From contig MRSU01011003.1 in the NCBI GenBank assembly GCA_008369845.1, forward strand, positions 1 to 32,934: a stretch of DNA of 32,934 nt, given 5' to 3'. The translations under genes were made by a program, and so were the position numbers. Of the stretch, positions 8,059 through 19,215 are shown one piece after another; within the stretch, counting starts at the first letter, position 1, and each line of letters starts with the position of its first letter. The DNA is from Trichomonas gallinae (lineage: Eukaryota). Under the pieces are notes generated by a model that searched no databases, was not told where the DNA came from, and saw nothing but the letters and a program-made list of their open reading frames with translations.

Positions 8059-10875
8059 TCATTCTTGTGCTGTTTTAGCTAGTTCTTGGAAAAAATTCTT
8101 CGTGTAATTTTTGATGTGTTGGAACATAGTAGATGTGAAGACCACACCTGCCTCACGCATATTATACAAGTTGAATTTTGCTGCCTTTGAGTTCAATTTT
8201 TCTAATTTATCTTTAATTGTATTCTTATCACTTGGATTAACAACGATAATATCTTTGGTCAGCATGCGCATAAGTTTCTCTTCTAGTGTACCTTCTTTGA
8301 ATTTTGGATAATTAATGGAACGCATAGCCACCATTAATTCGCGAGGCGTTTCTGATAATAAAATGATATGATCACATATCATATCAATTTTTTCGTCATC
8401 TGGATATTCTTCCATAATTTCCATATACTTATCAAGATTTTCCAACAGTTCTTTGGTTCCGTTAATGAATGTATCGTTTTTGTTGACTCTAATGACAACT
8501 ATATTGCTAGAGAAAGCCATGGATAAAATCATGTTTGCCATGGTTTTTTCTGGTTCTGCTGTTTCATTTCCATTGAACATTTTTACATACATTACGGGCA
8601 TGACTTCGACATTTTCAATCATATCACTTTGTCCGCTATATATGTAGTTAGAAGCAACAAAGATTGATCCGCTGATGGAAGGAATAAAAGGGATGCCAGT
8701 AAGTTCGTGAAGCAATGATGATGAGTCTAAGTTCGGTGAATCAACGAAAGTTAATGATTTCGAGCATTCTTCACTAAAATATCTGATTGGAATAATATCA
8801 GGGAATAATCTCAAAATATTCATCTTAAAGTCGTTTTCATCCATGTTTCTATCAGCAAAAAGCATGTTCTTTAGGTCATCAATGTCGAACCATGATTGCG
8901 GGGATGATAAAAATGTACCGTATGGAATTTTGATTGTCTGGTTTGACTGCTCAATATCTCCGGAAACCATTTGAAATTCTTCATCTTTATCTTTATCTTT
9001 AATTGTTTGAATTTTGAAATTTAATGATTTCAGATCTAGCTGATTGTCTTCGTTTGACTGCTCAATATCTCCGGAAATCATTTGAAATTCTTTATCTTTA
9101 TATTTATCTTTATCTTTAATTTTTCGAATTCCATATTCAATGATATAACTCCTATTATTATTATTGTATCTATAATTCAAAAATAAACTATTGAATGCTT
9201 TGGAAATTGATATATCTCCTAATCTCTTGTTATCTTCATCGTTGTAGACAACTTCAAACATGGAATAGCTATTTGGGACATCACGTGGGAAGCATGCAAT
9301 AAAATTCTTTGGAATATATAAGAGAGAGCATACAACTGGGTGTATTTTTTTACATGAACGATGAGCATTAAGAGATTTCAATTCTTTGGACAATTTAGTA
9401 TCAAATGAAACAATAGCGTAGCCTGTTGGCACATTGTAAAGGCAATAGTTACCGTTCTTCAAGTCGTCATCATCAATACATTTCGGAAGATAATCGAGTT
9501 GGGCATCAAGTCTGTATGATCCAGATTCTTCCATCTTTGTGTAAATCTTGACTGAGTGCCATGGATTACCTTCGTTATATTTAAGCATTATATTAATGCG
9601 TCCATCATTTGTATTCTCGATTGAGTGGACATTGAGCACAAAGTACCTTTGGAATCTAATATCAGACGCATTTTGCAATGCTTTCAAAACTTTATACTGA
9701 TTTTTGATCAATCTTATGAAATAATCTCGATCATTTTCATTTGCAACATTTTCTGAGTAAATTCGATGAACGAGATCTGCATAATCTTCAACGCATTCAT
9801 TTGAGCATTTGAAATTTTTTAAATCTTCATATTCCAGTATTGATTTGAATATCAAATAATACTGATCTTTTTCTTTGCATGACTTCAAGTATATTTTGCA
9901 AAAATCATTAAATGATGCTGCAACTGTGTCGATTGTGAAAGCTTTTTGCGATGTTGGAGCAGCATATTCAATGAATGATAGGAAGAATGAATTGGATATA
10001 TAAAGATTTCTAACGATTATCAGCCAGAAATCGAAAATGTTTTCAACAGTGATAACTTTGTTAAAATCAAGTTTCTGAGTACATAGAAGATAAGAGCTTT
10101 CACCTTCATTTTGGGAATACACTCTTTGTTTAATTTTATCTTCGGATTTCAATTTTATATTTATCACTGGATTTGAAACAATATTAAAGTAAAATTTGAT
10201 AAGTTGCTCGCATAAATCTTTTCCTTTATCTTTTAAGAATTTTGGAATACTTAATGTCATCTTTTCTGGATTATTTTTATCAATTTTGATTTCTGGTTGT
10301 TCAAAATATGATTTGCACATGTATTCTATCGTTGGTTTGATCTCTTTAACGTGGATGAGCTTTTGACTAAATGTATCAAATAATTTTGCATATGAGTTTA
10401 TTCTCGGAATAATATATGTTTTTCCATTTGATGTCTTGTAATTAAACTTCATAATTATTGAATCTACACCATTGGCAGCAAAAATCGGGATTTTCAAATT
10501 ATTTTCTAAATTTATGTATGTATGTTTCGATAAAGCTACAATGCATGGGCCATCTTCTTTTCGACCTTGAAATGATTTGAAATCTTGGCCATCATAAACA
10601 TATATCCAATTAAAATCTTCTTGCTTAATTTTGTCAGAGATTTGCGTAATTTTCTTTTCTAGCATTACACCAAGGCTTATTAATCGATTGTAAGCTTTGC
10701 CATATTGTATAGGATCATGATGTTCTGGCAATAATTCTTCGAAATCGTTCCATGAAGGAAATTTGTTTTGCTGCCATTCCTTTTCGCACAACTGGAATAT
10801 GCGCGGTCTTAAGATGAGCTTCTTATAGTCGAAAATGTCTATTTCATAATGATGCTCACCGAGAACCTCAATCAT
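8059..10875 (-). CDS. Large hypothetical protein (about 938 aa) with internal duplication and possible degenerate C-terminal P-loop GTPase-like domain
   Basis: Uninterrupted 2.8-kb ORF; likely start MIEVLG at 10875 (10911 is the alternative). Confidence 0.85.
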   Translation of the reverse strand: MIEVLGEHHYEIDIFDYKKLILRPRIFQLCEKEWQQNKFPSWNDFEELLPEHHDPIQYGKAYNRLISLGVMLEKKITQISDKIKQEDFNWIYVYDGQDFKSFQGRKEDGPCIVALSKHTYINLENNLKIPIFAANGVDSIIMKFNYKTSNGKTYIIPRINSYAKLFDTFSQKLIHVKEIKPTIEYMCKSYFEQPEIKIDKNNPEKMTLSIPKFLKDKGKDLCEQLIKFYFNIVSNPVINIKLKSEDKIKQRVYSQNEGESSYLLCTQKLDFNKVITVENIFDFWLIIVRNLYISNSFFLSFIEYAAPTSQKAFTIDTVAASFNDFCKIYLKSCKEKDQYYLIFKSILEYEDLKNFKCSNECVEDYADLVHRIYSENVANENDRDYFIRLIKNQYKVLKALQNASDIRFQRYFVLNVHSIENTNDGRINIMLKYNEGNPWHSVKIYTKMEESGSYRLDAQLDYLPKCIDDDDLKNGNYCLYNVPTGYAIVSFDTKLSKELKSLNAHRSCKKIHPVVCSLLYIPKNFIACFPRDVPNSYSMFEVVYNDEDNKRLGDISISKAFNSLFLNYRYNNNNRSYIIEYGIRKIKDKDKYKDKEFQMISGDIEQSNEDNQLDLKSLNFKIQTIKDKDKDEEFQMVSGDIEQSNQTIKIPYGTFLSSPQSWFDIDDLKNMLFADRNMDENDFKMNILRLFPDIIPIRYFSEECSKSLTFVDSPNLDSSSLLHELTGIPFIPSISGSIFVASNYIYSGQSDMIENVEVMPVMYVKMFNGNETAEPEKTMANMILSMAFSSNIVVIRVNKNDTFINGTKELLENLDKYMEIMEEYPDDEKIDMICDHIILLSETPRELMVAMRSINYPKFKEGTLEEKLMRMLTKDIIVVNPSDKNTIKDKLEKLNSKAAKFNLYNMREAGVVFTSTMFQHIKNYTKNFFQELAKTAQE
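8941..9121. repeat. Intragenic direct duplication (about 64-70 bp) encoding IKDKDK..EFQM(I/V)SGDIEQSN twice
   Basis: Near-identical copies at 8941-9004 and 9052-9121. Confidence 0.9.
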
Positions 10876-11509
10876 GGATGGAAATTTTATAAAAATTTTT
10901 AAATATAACATATTTATAACTTTATAAATGATATTTATATATTATTTTTTAGAGAACAAAAATTATAAATCTTTACATGGCATTTTTCATATTACATGTC
11001 ATATTTTTATTTGCAACTCTGTTATATGTACTTTTCAGTCTTTCTACATCCTTATATAACTCATATTTGGATTTTTTATTTCATAATTGGGATATAATTC
11101 CATGCATTACATTATGAGACTAGGATAATGTTGCGCTTTCATGAGTTGACATGTAAAATGTCGTAATTTTAAATGTAATGTCATAAATTTTCCTTTATGC
11201 TTCGAAGCTATATCAAAAATATACATTATTTTACCTATTTATATTATGATTATGAAATAAAACCATGTGAGAAGTGTCTGACACCATGCTTCTTTTGCGA
11301 AATCATTCTCGTATATTTGGATTTAAAATTCGATGAGATATGATTTCATGACATGTAAATTTTTTATTGTCAGAAAATTTTCAATTAGACAAATGTAAAA
11401 TTTCCCGGGAAAGAAATCAAATGAGAATTTTGCTCGATTTTGCTGCAGTAACGCATAATATATCCGAATTCAACCCGAAATGGGATAAAAAAAGTGAACA
11501 GAAAAAAAG

Positions 11510-12094
11510 ATGCTGAAACAAGGTGATGAGGAGTCATACAAAATCATTCTGCTAGGCAATTCTGCAACTGGAAAGACATCTATTGTAGAGCGCATGAGAG
11601 CTGGAACGGCTCCAAAAGAATTGCAGCCAACGATTGGTTGTAATTCAACAGACATTTTGATTCACCTAAACGATTCTACCATAAGACTAAAAGTATGGGA
11701 CACGGCAGGTCAAGAAGAGTATAAATCCATTGTTCCTATCTATACTCGCGGCGCCCATCTTGCTCTTCTTGTTTTCGACATCACAAACTTCACTACTCTG
11801 CAAGATTTGGAAGGATGGAAGTCAATTTTACTCGAAAATGAGCAGCAAGACATTCCATTATTCATCGTTGGAAATAAAATCGATTTGGTTACAGATCACA
11901 ACGTTTCTTTTGATCTCGCTCATTCATATGCCAATAAATACGGTGGTGAATTAATGCTGGTTTCTGCTTTAACAGGCGAAAATATTGAATTTTTATTCAA
12001 CCAAGTAGCTGAAGCTGTTTCAAAGCAGAAATCTTTCGAAAGAGACCCAACTGCAAAGGCAATGAAACCAAACGAAAGTTCCGGTTGTTGTTAA
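11510..12094 (+). CDS. Rab family small GTPase (divergent)
   Basis: GNSATGKTS, PTIG, WDTAGQE, GNKID, VSALTG; C-terminal CC prenylation motif. Confidence 0.95.
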   Translation: MLKQGDEESYKIILLGNSATGKTSIVERMRAGTAPKELQPTIGCNSTDILIHLNDSTIRLKVWDTAGQEEYKSIVPIYTRGAHLALLVFDITNFTTLQDLEGWKSILLENEQQDIPLFIVGNKIDLVTDHNVSFDLAHSYANKYGGELMLVSALTGENIEFLFNQVAEAVSKQKSFERDPTAKAMKPNESSGCC

Positions 12095-12240
12095 ATTTTT
12101 GCGGTTGCCAAAAATTAACAATTTCCGATAGAATTAAGATAGACATACTCCATAGTAGTTTTATTTTACCCTTTAATACATTCAACTGAAAAAAAAAATA
12201 ATATTAAACAGAATTTTCTATCATTATAATTACAAACATT

Positions 12241-13350
12241 TTATTTAGATGGTGATCGTGACCGAGAAGTTGATCTAGAGATAGGTCTAGAATTAACTCT
12301 TGATGGTGGTTGAGTAAGAGAAAATGTCGATCTTCTTCGCATAGTTTGAGATTCATTTTCTAATATGCTGAAATCGTCCTCATTCATTGGATCCAAGTTA
12401 AGTCTTGCATGACGAGTGTTTCTAAAGACAGCAAGCGAAGAAGCGGTTCGTGGTGTTTGTAGAGCCGTTTGGACATGCGATTTATCATTGGTAATCATGG
12501 CAATTTGTACACGAGAAATATGAGGTGGCTTATCCGAAATTTGATATTCTTTCAATTCTCTAAGTCTTTGCGATTCAAGTTTGGAAAGCGTTTTTTGCTG
12601 ATGCTCAATGAGTGTTTCTCGTTCTTTATCATGTCGCTCTTTCATTTTAAAGTATTCACGACGCATTTGCGACTGCATCGTTTCTTTCATGTCATTTTCC
12701 TCTTCAATTTGCCTTTTGTTGGCAAGTTCGCGAATTTTTGCTGCTTCATCATAGCTTCTCATTAAAGCAAGCTTAGTTTCTTGATATCGTAAATTTAGAA
12801 GAACATTTGAAGGTTTATTGAAGGATTCGATGAATTCTGGTGTCTGCCATTTGCGTCGAAACTGATTTATTTCTTCGTTTTGCCGATTTTCCATATTTTC
12901 CAAATATTTTTGGTTATCATACTTCTGTTGTTCGATTTTTTGGAGCCATTTTTCGTTAACTTCATTCCACTTCTGCTCGTATTCTTGTTTCTTCTCGTTG
13001 AAATTAATTTGAGACATTTCGCTGACAGAATCAGCAATTTCTTGTTTATATTGTTCGTTCATTTCTTTAATTATGTAGTCTAGTTTCTTCGCTTCGTTGT
13101 ATTGGCCTAATAACAGAGATCGAACTCGCAATCGATTAATTAATTGAAAAACATATTCTTTCATATCATGTCTTGGCAATGTGCCTGATTCTAAGTATTC
13201 TTCGAGCGCTTGTTGAATTTCTGCGTCAGGTGGCCTCTCTTGTATTTGATTTTGCATAATTTTACAGCGAGATGATGGCCCTGAGTGTCTCAATGGATCC
13301 CTGCGTATCTTCCTGACGCTCAGCGATCTGTGAGAAGAGTCAACACTCAT
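12241..13350 (-). CDS. Hypothetical coiled-coil protein
   Basis: 369-aa ORF with long E/Q/K/R helical segments and an S/R-rich tail. Confidence 0.85.
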   Translation of the reverse strand: MSVDSSHRSLSVRKIRRDPLRHSGPSSRCKIMQNQIQERPPDAEIQQALEEYLESGTLPRHDMKEYVFQLINRLRVRSLLLGQYNEAKKLDYIIKEMNEQYKQEIADSVSEMSQINFNEKKQEYEQKWNEVNEKWLQKIEQQKYDNQKYLENMENRQNEEINQFRRKWQTPEFIESFNKPSNVLLNLRYQETKLALMRSYDEAAKIRELANKRQIEEENDMKETMQSQMRREYFKMKERHDKERETLIEHQQKTLSKLESQRLRELKEYQISDKPPHISRVQIAMITNDKSHVQTALQTPRTASSLAVFRNTRHARLNLDPMNEDDFSILENESQTMRRRSTFSLTQPPSRVNSRPISRSTSRSRSPSK

Positions 13351-13899
13351 TATTAAAAATTTCTGAAAATTTCTGAGAAAAACGATTTTTTTGCTTTTTC
13401 TAAAAATGTGTTTTTTATAACACCCATGGTGTTATCAGAAATTTTGTCGTGAAAAACTTCCTTTACATCGCATATTTGAAGTCATTGATTCGATCAACGT
13501 CAAAAAATTAAGCGTAATCATAGTTTTTTATTACATATTTCGATGAACTTGTTTGTGCATATTTAACATATAACATTTAATCTCACTAAAAACCATTTTT
13601 CAAAAATTTTGTTACTAATTAAATTAACCTTAATTCCAAAAATGTCATTTTTAAAATGAAATTTTTTCTCTTGTGTTTTATTGATTTATAATAAGAAAAA
13701 TAACATCACTATGATATAAATATTATTTTTATTGAGAAAAAAATATATCATTCCATTATAGAAAACGAAATTCGATATCAAAATTAGGTTTTTTAAGCAG
13801 AATGGTTTAGACATCATGAGGTATATATGTAAAATTTATGTACTATAATATAAATCATTTTAATAACAAACAAAAAAGACTAAAATTAAATGAATTATC

Positions 13900-15072
13900 T
13901 CAATAATTCGGAAATATACAAGAAGATCGTTGTGGACGATTAGTCATACCTAGCTTCCTTCCATTGGAAGCACGAGCAAAAGCCTGAACAGGCTTAATGC
14001 ATTGTCCAGTATCTTTTCTTGGCCTTGGCCTTGCAGCGAGAGCTGGTAGTTTATTGGTTCTAGTTGTCTCTGGTATCTTAATTGGTGACGCGAAGCGCTG
14101 AGGCTCGATTTGCGTTACAATTTTTTGATAAACAAGAGTTTCGGAGCTTTTAGAAGGTTGTACGGTCAAATTCATCTGACTTATCTGATATTTTTGGAAG
14201 AAATCGTCTATCTTTCGAATACTTAAATCTGGCATGTGAACTTCTCGATCCAGGCGAACTTGCGGTAGAAGTGAATCAAACCACTCATGCTTAAGAGCAT
14301 CATCAGGTGTGATTCTTGTATTTGTATCTGTATCCATCAACTTTGTAATTAAATCTTGGCATTCTGGTGTAAGTGTCTGAGGAACTTCGTATTTCCCTGC
14401 CTTTACCTGCGCGTAAAGCTCGGCTTGACTTCTTTTTGTCCAAGGAAGCTGTCCGCAGACACATGCATAAAATAAAACGCCAACACTCCACATATCGGAA
14501 ATATATCCGTTATATGGAAGCCCTGACAAGCACTCTGGTGATGCGTAACATGGAGATCCGCAAGGTGTCTTAACGAGATTTGATTTCATGCTGACAAACT
14601 TAGAAAGTCCGAAATCGCTTAATTTAACCTTCCCGTTCTGATCAATGAGGATGTTTTCCGGCTTTATATCTCTATGCACCACTCCCATTTTGTGAATATA
14701 CTTCACTGCCTCGAGAACTTGATCGAGAATGGGCTTTGTCTCATCTTCCGTTAGTTTTCCTTTGTCTACTATATACTGGAATAGCTCGCCACCTTGGCAA
14801 AACTCCATAATGATGTAATAATTTTGCGTATCTTTCAAAAGATCGTATATACGGACTACGTTTGGATGACGAAGTTGCTGTTGGATCCTAATTTCGTCTT
14901 CAAAGCGTTCCATTCTTTTAGGTGTCGAAAGCTTTTCCTTCGAAATCACTTTGCATGCAAAAAAGTCATTCGTATCCATATTTTGGACGAGTTTAACACA
15001 GCTAAACGCGCCTGTTCCAATTTCCCCTTTAAATTCATAAGGACCTATTTTAGGAGGAGTAGTTAAACTCAT
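13900..15072 (-). CDS. CAMK-group (SNF1/CAMKL-like) serine/threonine protein kinase
   Basis: GTGAFS, ACK, HPNVV, HRDIKPEN, DFG, CGSPCYASPE, DMWSVG. Confidence 0.96.
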   Translation of the reverse strand: MSLTTPPKIGPYEFKGEIGTGAFSCVKLVQNMDTNDFFACKVISKEKLSTPKRMERFEDEIRIQQQLRHPNVVRIYDLLKDTQNYYIIMEFCQGGELFQYIVDKGKLTEDETKPILDQVLEAVKYIHKMGVVHRDIKPENILIDQNGKVKLSDFGLSKFVSMKSNLVKTPCGSPCYASPECLSGLPYNGYISDMWSVGVLFYACVCGQLPWTKRSQAELYAQVKAGKYEVPQTLTPECQDLITKLMDTDTNTRITPDDALKHEWFDSLLPQVRLDREVHMPDLSIRKIDDFFQKYQISQMNLTVQPSKSSETLVYQKIVTQIEPQRFASPIKIPETTRTNKLPALAARPRPRKDTGQCIKPVQAFARASNGRKLGMTNRPQRSSCIFPNY

Positions 15073-15559
15073 TTTTTTAGGATTTACTAGATTTTATATA
15101 TGTCACGTTTATTATTGGCACTTTTCATTCAAAAAAAAATTCAACGTATAAACTATTTTAACTGAAGATTTAGTATTTTTATCGTATTAGACTTCTATTT
15201 CTGAAATATTTTTAATAAAATATATAATCAATATGAAAAGTGACAAAATTGAGATGTTTACAAATTTTTGCTTTTCGGACTGAAAAATCCTTATTATTTC
15301 CTAGCATATTCATTAACCGTGTTTGCTAGCAGCATATATATCTTATAATAGTTATAATGTAGCTATTAGAAATAAATATACATTAAAATGCAAAAATGAT
15401 TTAATTTTCATGGAGAAAATTGATTTTTTCAATAAAATTGCTATTTAATGAGAATTATATTGAATTTTTCCTTAAATTGTATGAATGATCAAGCAAAAAT
15501 TCATAGTTTATAATTTAAATCGAATTAGATTTGGTGAAAATAATATTTTGAACTTTATA

Positions 15560-15673
15560 ATAGTGAAAATGCTACTATTTTCACTATGATTATGAGGAAA
15601 TATTTTGTGTAATAGATGAATATACTTGAATGATGCTAGAATTTCGAAAAGTATATTCATCTATTGACAAAAT
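15560..15673. repeat. Two adjacent perfect inverted repeats (11-bp and 17-bp stems)
   Basis: ATAGTGAAAAT (15560-15570) / ATTTTCACTAT (15577-15587); AATAGATGAATATACTT (15611-15627) / AAGTATATTCATCTATT (15649-15665), extendable to 15602-15673. Confidence 0.85.
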
Positions 15674-15736
15674 TAATCTTGTAATATAATGATTGATAAA
15701 TGACTTCAACATTACCGAGAGAAACTATCTGGTTTT

Positions 15737-16758
15737 CTAGGTTTTATTCATTTTCTTTAAATTAATCATTTGATTTACATGAAAGATTAAACATGCATGC
15801 GAATTTATGAATAATTTTTTGTATTTTCGGCTTTGATAAACGCTTTTGTTAACTTCGCACGAATAAATAGTGATTAACGTCAGCGAATTCAATGAAAATT
15901 TGTTGTCGATGTTTTGTGTGTCGAATGTTGCTGGTCCAGTTGTGGTGCAATTGTCTATTTGACAGTCTTTGATAATGGCTGTTCCTTTCATTTCTGAAGA
16001 AAAGAGTTTACCGTTTCCTAAATCATCAAAAAAACAACTTTTGCTGATTATAACATCTTTAGGTTGCAAAAAACCAAATGAACCTTTATTACTGCTTAGT
16101 TGGAAGTTCCTTAAAACATTGCAGCACTCAAAAAGATATTGATTATTATAGCCATCATGGTAAACAGCGGCATATCCATTTTTACCTTCATATCGGTTTC
16201 CTTCAAATGATGAAAAGTTTGTTTTGCCGACTAAATTCTTAGAAACCCACATGTAATATGCGGATTTTGATGATGCTGTGTTTTTGCTGATATTAGTGGA
16301 AGAGATGAGAGTTTGGCCATAATAAATATAAACTGTATATGATGTGTCAGGTTTGATGCATGAAGCAACACTGCCTTCAACTAAATAATTAGGCTTTGTT
16401 GAAGAATAATTTTTTAAAGAAATAAATGCAAAATTTCCAATATTATTTGATGCACAAAATCGGTGTTGGATAACAAAAATGTCTGAACTTACATAAATCG
16501 CACCACCACTTTTCGTTGAGTTGCAATTAACGAAGATGCACTCAGAGTGAAGGAATTTATATGGCTGTGATGTATCTATATAAACAGCTGATTTTTTGTA
16601 GTCATGGAATTGGCATATTTTCAAGTATAACTCTTCAACTTTTGCCAAAAATCTCGGGTTTTCACCAGAAATAGGTTCGTCGCCATATTCTGATCCGAAG
16701 TAATAATGCCATGGGTCTCTGCTCGCATCATCGGAGTGAAAAAACTGAATAAAAACAT
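15737..16758 (-). pseudogene. Pmp-like / right-handed beta-helix family gene (GGAI, FxxN-type motifs) with an N-terminal frameshift
   Basis: Body contains CIFVNCNSTKSGGAIYV and Cys/Asn-rich repeats. ATG 16758 (MFLFSFF, signal-peptide-like) is out of frame with the body (HSDDASRDPWHYYFG...) by one base in a T6 run. Confidence 0.6.
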
Positions 16759-16988
16759 TCTATAAAAATACTATAGTAAACAAAAACATTGAAACTGATT
16801 TTTTTTTTTTATATTTTCTTTGTTAAACACTGTGCAATGCAAATAAGTGTCTACATAAGCCTTAAAGCAAAGTTTCAATGAAAATCTAAAGATGTTTTCC
16901 TAAGAATATTTCGAGATATAAAATTAAAATAACGAAATACATGGTAATTTTTAACATTAAAAAATAGAATCTATAAATCATAAATCTA

Positions 16989-18233
16989 TTAGTTAAAATA
17001 CTTAGATTGAAGAAGATTTCTTCTTTTTGATGCGGAAACTGTGCATGACTTGAAATATTGCATCCATTTCCAAGCCCACAAAATTCCACCATTTACATCA
17101 TCTAAATCTTCATCAACAGTCAGTAATTTATTAATTTCAAGCATACTTCTCCTAATACTGTCTTTCTTTTGATTATTGAAGATGCCGAACACATATCTTA
17201 TCATTGATGGTTCGAAAGCTGGTACTTGTGCCATCAAATTATTATATTTAGCAAATGTCTCCTCAAAAGGGAATCTAAACTCGTCTGTTAACACTATTGG
17301 GATACATCCGGTTCGTAATGAATCGTAAAAACGCTTCGAAGATGGTCCATCGCCATGAGGAACTGGACAAAATTCTGTTTTCCTCATAATGCTTTCGATA
17401 TCGAATAAATGAGCAGCTTTGAAATGACTCTTTCTTCTTGTTTCAATGATTGCCATATTTCTTAGGCCTCGCATTTCATCTTTCAAAGCAAGTCTGATAT
17501 TTTTCGCTCGTTTATCAAATGCTTGAATTGTTAGCTGCCCAATGAGAAATGCAGTAATTTGGCGCTTATCTTTGTTAGTATTAAGCTCAAAATTCGAACT
17601 GTATGGCATTGAAGTGTATCTCCACATTTCACGTGGAAATTCGATAGAAAAATTCCAATTTATATCACCTATAGATGTCTGCGCTGCGATAAATCGCTGA
17701 TGTAGAGGCGTTAATGGTACATTATTATGCGAGAATAACATTTGTACGAAAACTTGATCAACAGCGCCGTATCTATCATAGTATGGGCCTTGTGATCTTA
17801 CATGTGGTATTATGCAGTGATCAAAGTCGCATTTATCTTTTTGCATGTTGTATAAGCCGAGATAAATCGGTACATAGAATAAATCAGCATCTAATTCATT
17901 TAAAACTATGTTGTAGCCTTTCTGAAAATGTCTGTGAAGAATAGCTTCAAAATAAAATGTATGAGCTTCTGATTTTTTAACTGGATGGTCGCAAAACAGG
18001 TTTTTACATAGATAATCAGTATCGTTGATATGAATATCATACATAAAAAACTTTATTGGCGCTTTTTTTGAGTAAAAATAATCGAAATGTCTTGTATAAA
18101 CTGATTTTCGGGGTTCAACTGCTGGAAATATGGATCTTATCGTATATGCGATGACAATACTGAAAAGAAATGGAAATAAACGTGTTGGTCGAACAACTAA
18201 ATTTTGATTAATTTGGATACGAAATTCTAACAT
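16989..18233 (-). CDS. Exostosin family (GT47) glycosyltransferase
   Basis: N-terminal TM; ADLFYVPIY, FCPVPHGDGPSSKRFYDSLRTGCIPIVL, FPFE motifs. Confidence 0.92.
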   Translation of the reverse strand: MLEFRIQINQNLVVRPTRLFPFLFSIVIAYTIRSIFPAVEPRKSVYTRHFDYFYSKKAPIKFFMYDIHINDTDYLCKNLFCDHPVKKSEAHTFYFEAILHRHFQKGYNIVLNELDADLFYVPIYLGLYNMQKDKCDFDHCIIPHVRSQGPYYDRYGAVDQVFVQMLFSHNNVPLTPLHQRFIAAQTSIGDINWNFSIEFPREMWRYTSMPYSSNFELNTNKDKRQITAFLIGQLTIQAFDKRAKNIRLALKDEMRGLRNMAIIETRRKSHFKAAHLFDIESIMRKTEFCPVPHGDGPSSKRFYDSLRTGCIPIVLTDEFRFPFEETFAKYNNLMAQVPAFEPSMIRYVFGIFNNQKKDSIRRSMLEINKLLTVDEDLDDVNGGILWAWKWMQYFKSCTVSASKRRNLLQSKYFN

Positions 18234-19207
18234 CGGCTTTGTGTTCAATAAAAATCATCAATTCAATCATTACGTTGTTGCTTGATTGTTTCATATAAAA
18301 TGGACGAAAAAATCATATTTTGTTTTCAAATTCATGAAATTATTTCTCATCATTACGGCTAAAGTAAGTGCAAAATGATGACATATTTGATCAACACAAC
18401 TATGACTATATAGATCAAATTATATTTTTTTTGATTTGATAATGGATTAGTAAATGGTCAGTTTGGTAAGTAATAAGCATATATTGAGATATTGCTTGTA
18501 ATACCATTATTACCAGTATGCAATATCGTTGAAATAAATTACGATTAATTGGATTTCCAGTTAAAATGCTATGGAAAAGAAAAATTTGGAGATAATACAT
18601 ATTGAAAATGGATATTACAATATTATTTTTTGCAAATTTTTCATTTTTAAATTTATGTCATGTAAAGTTTTCAAAATAAAATGTATCTTTTCTATGATTT
18701 TACAGGCTTATCGTTAAACATGAAGTCCGATTATGCATAGAGCGACAATGAGGTGATTTCCTATAATATGATCGTTGCATTGAAATTATTTTTATTTACA
18801 AAATTTTCTGAAGATATGTAAAATTCTGCCATGTAAAGTTGATCTCAAAATCTTATAATTTTATTGTATATTTATATTACAACATTTGCATATAAAAATT
18901 ATGAAGTGATGTAAAGTAATCAAAAAATATCTTAAATTCATTATCACCTTCCTGATCAAACTTTGCGTAGAACGAATAAACGAAGTTAAAAATCATGATC
19001 TATACACTGTTAAAAGCCATTCCTAAAGAGATCTAAGTTGGACAATAAAAAAAATGAAAACTTTGTTGTTTGTTTGAATTATCGTATCGCACTTTTTTGA
19101 GATGTTGTAAACTAATCAAAATTTCTTTTTTGAAACGATGTAAACTTGTCAAAAATATTGTAAACTTAACAAAATTTCTTTGTAAACATTTCAAAGTTTA
19201 GAACACT

Positions 19208-19213
19208 TCACTT
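19208..19213 (+). promoter_or_regulatory. Initiator (Inr) element TCACTT
   Basis: Matches the trichomonad Inr TCAYW immediately upstream of ATG 19216. Confidence 0.55.
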
Positions 19214-19215
19214 CG

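Noticed and set aside
18415..18600. 61-aa ORF in the exostosin/C2 spacer
   Set aside because: Short, AT-rich, with no motif.
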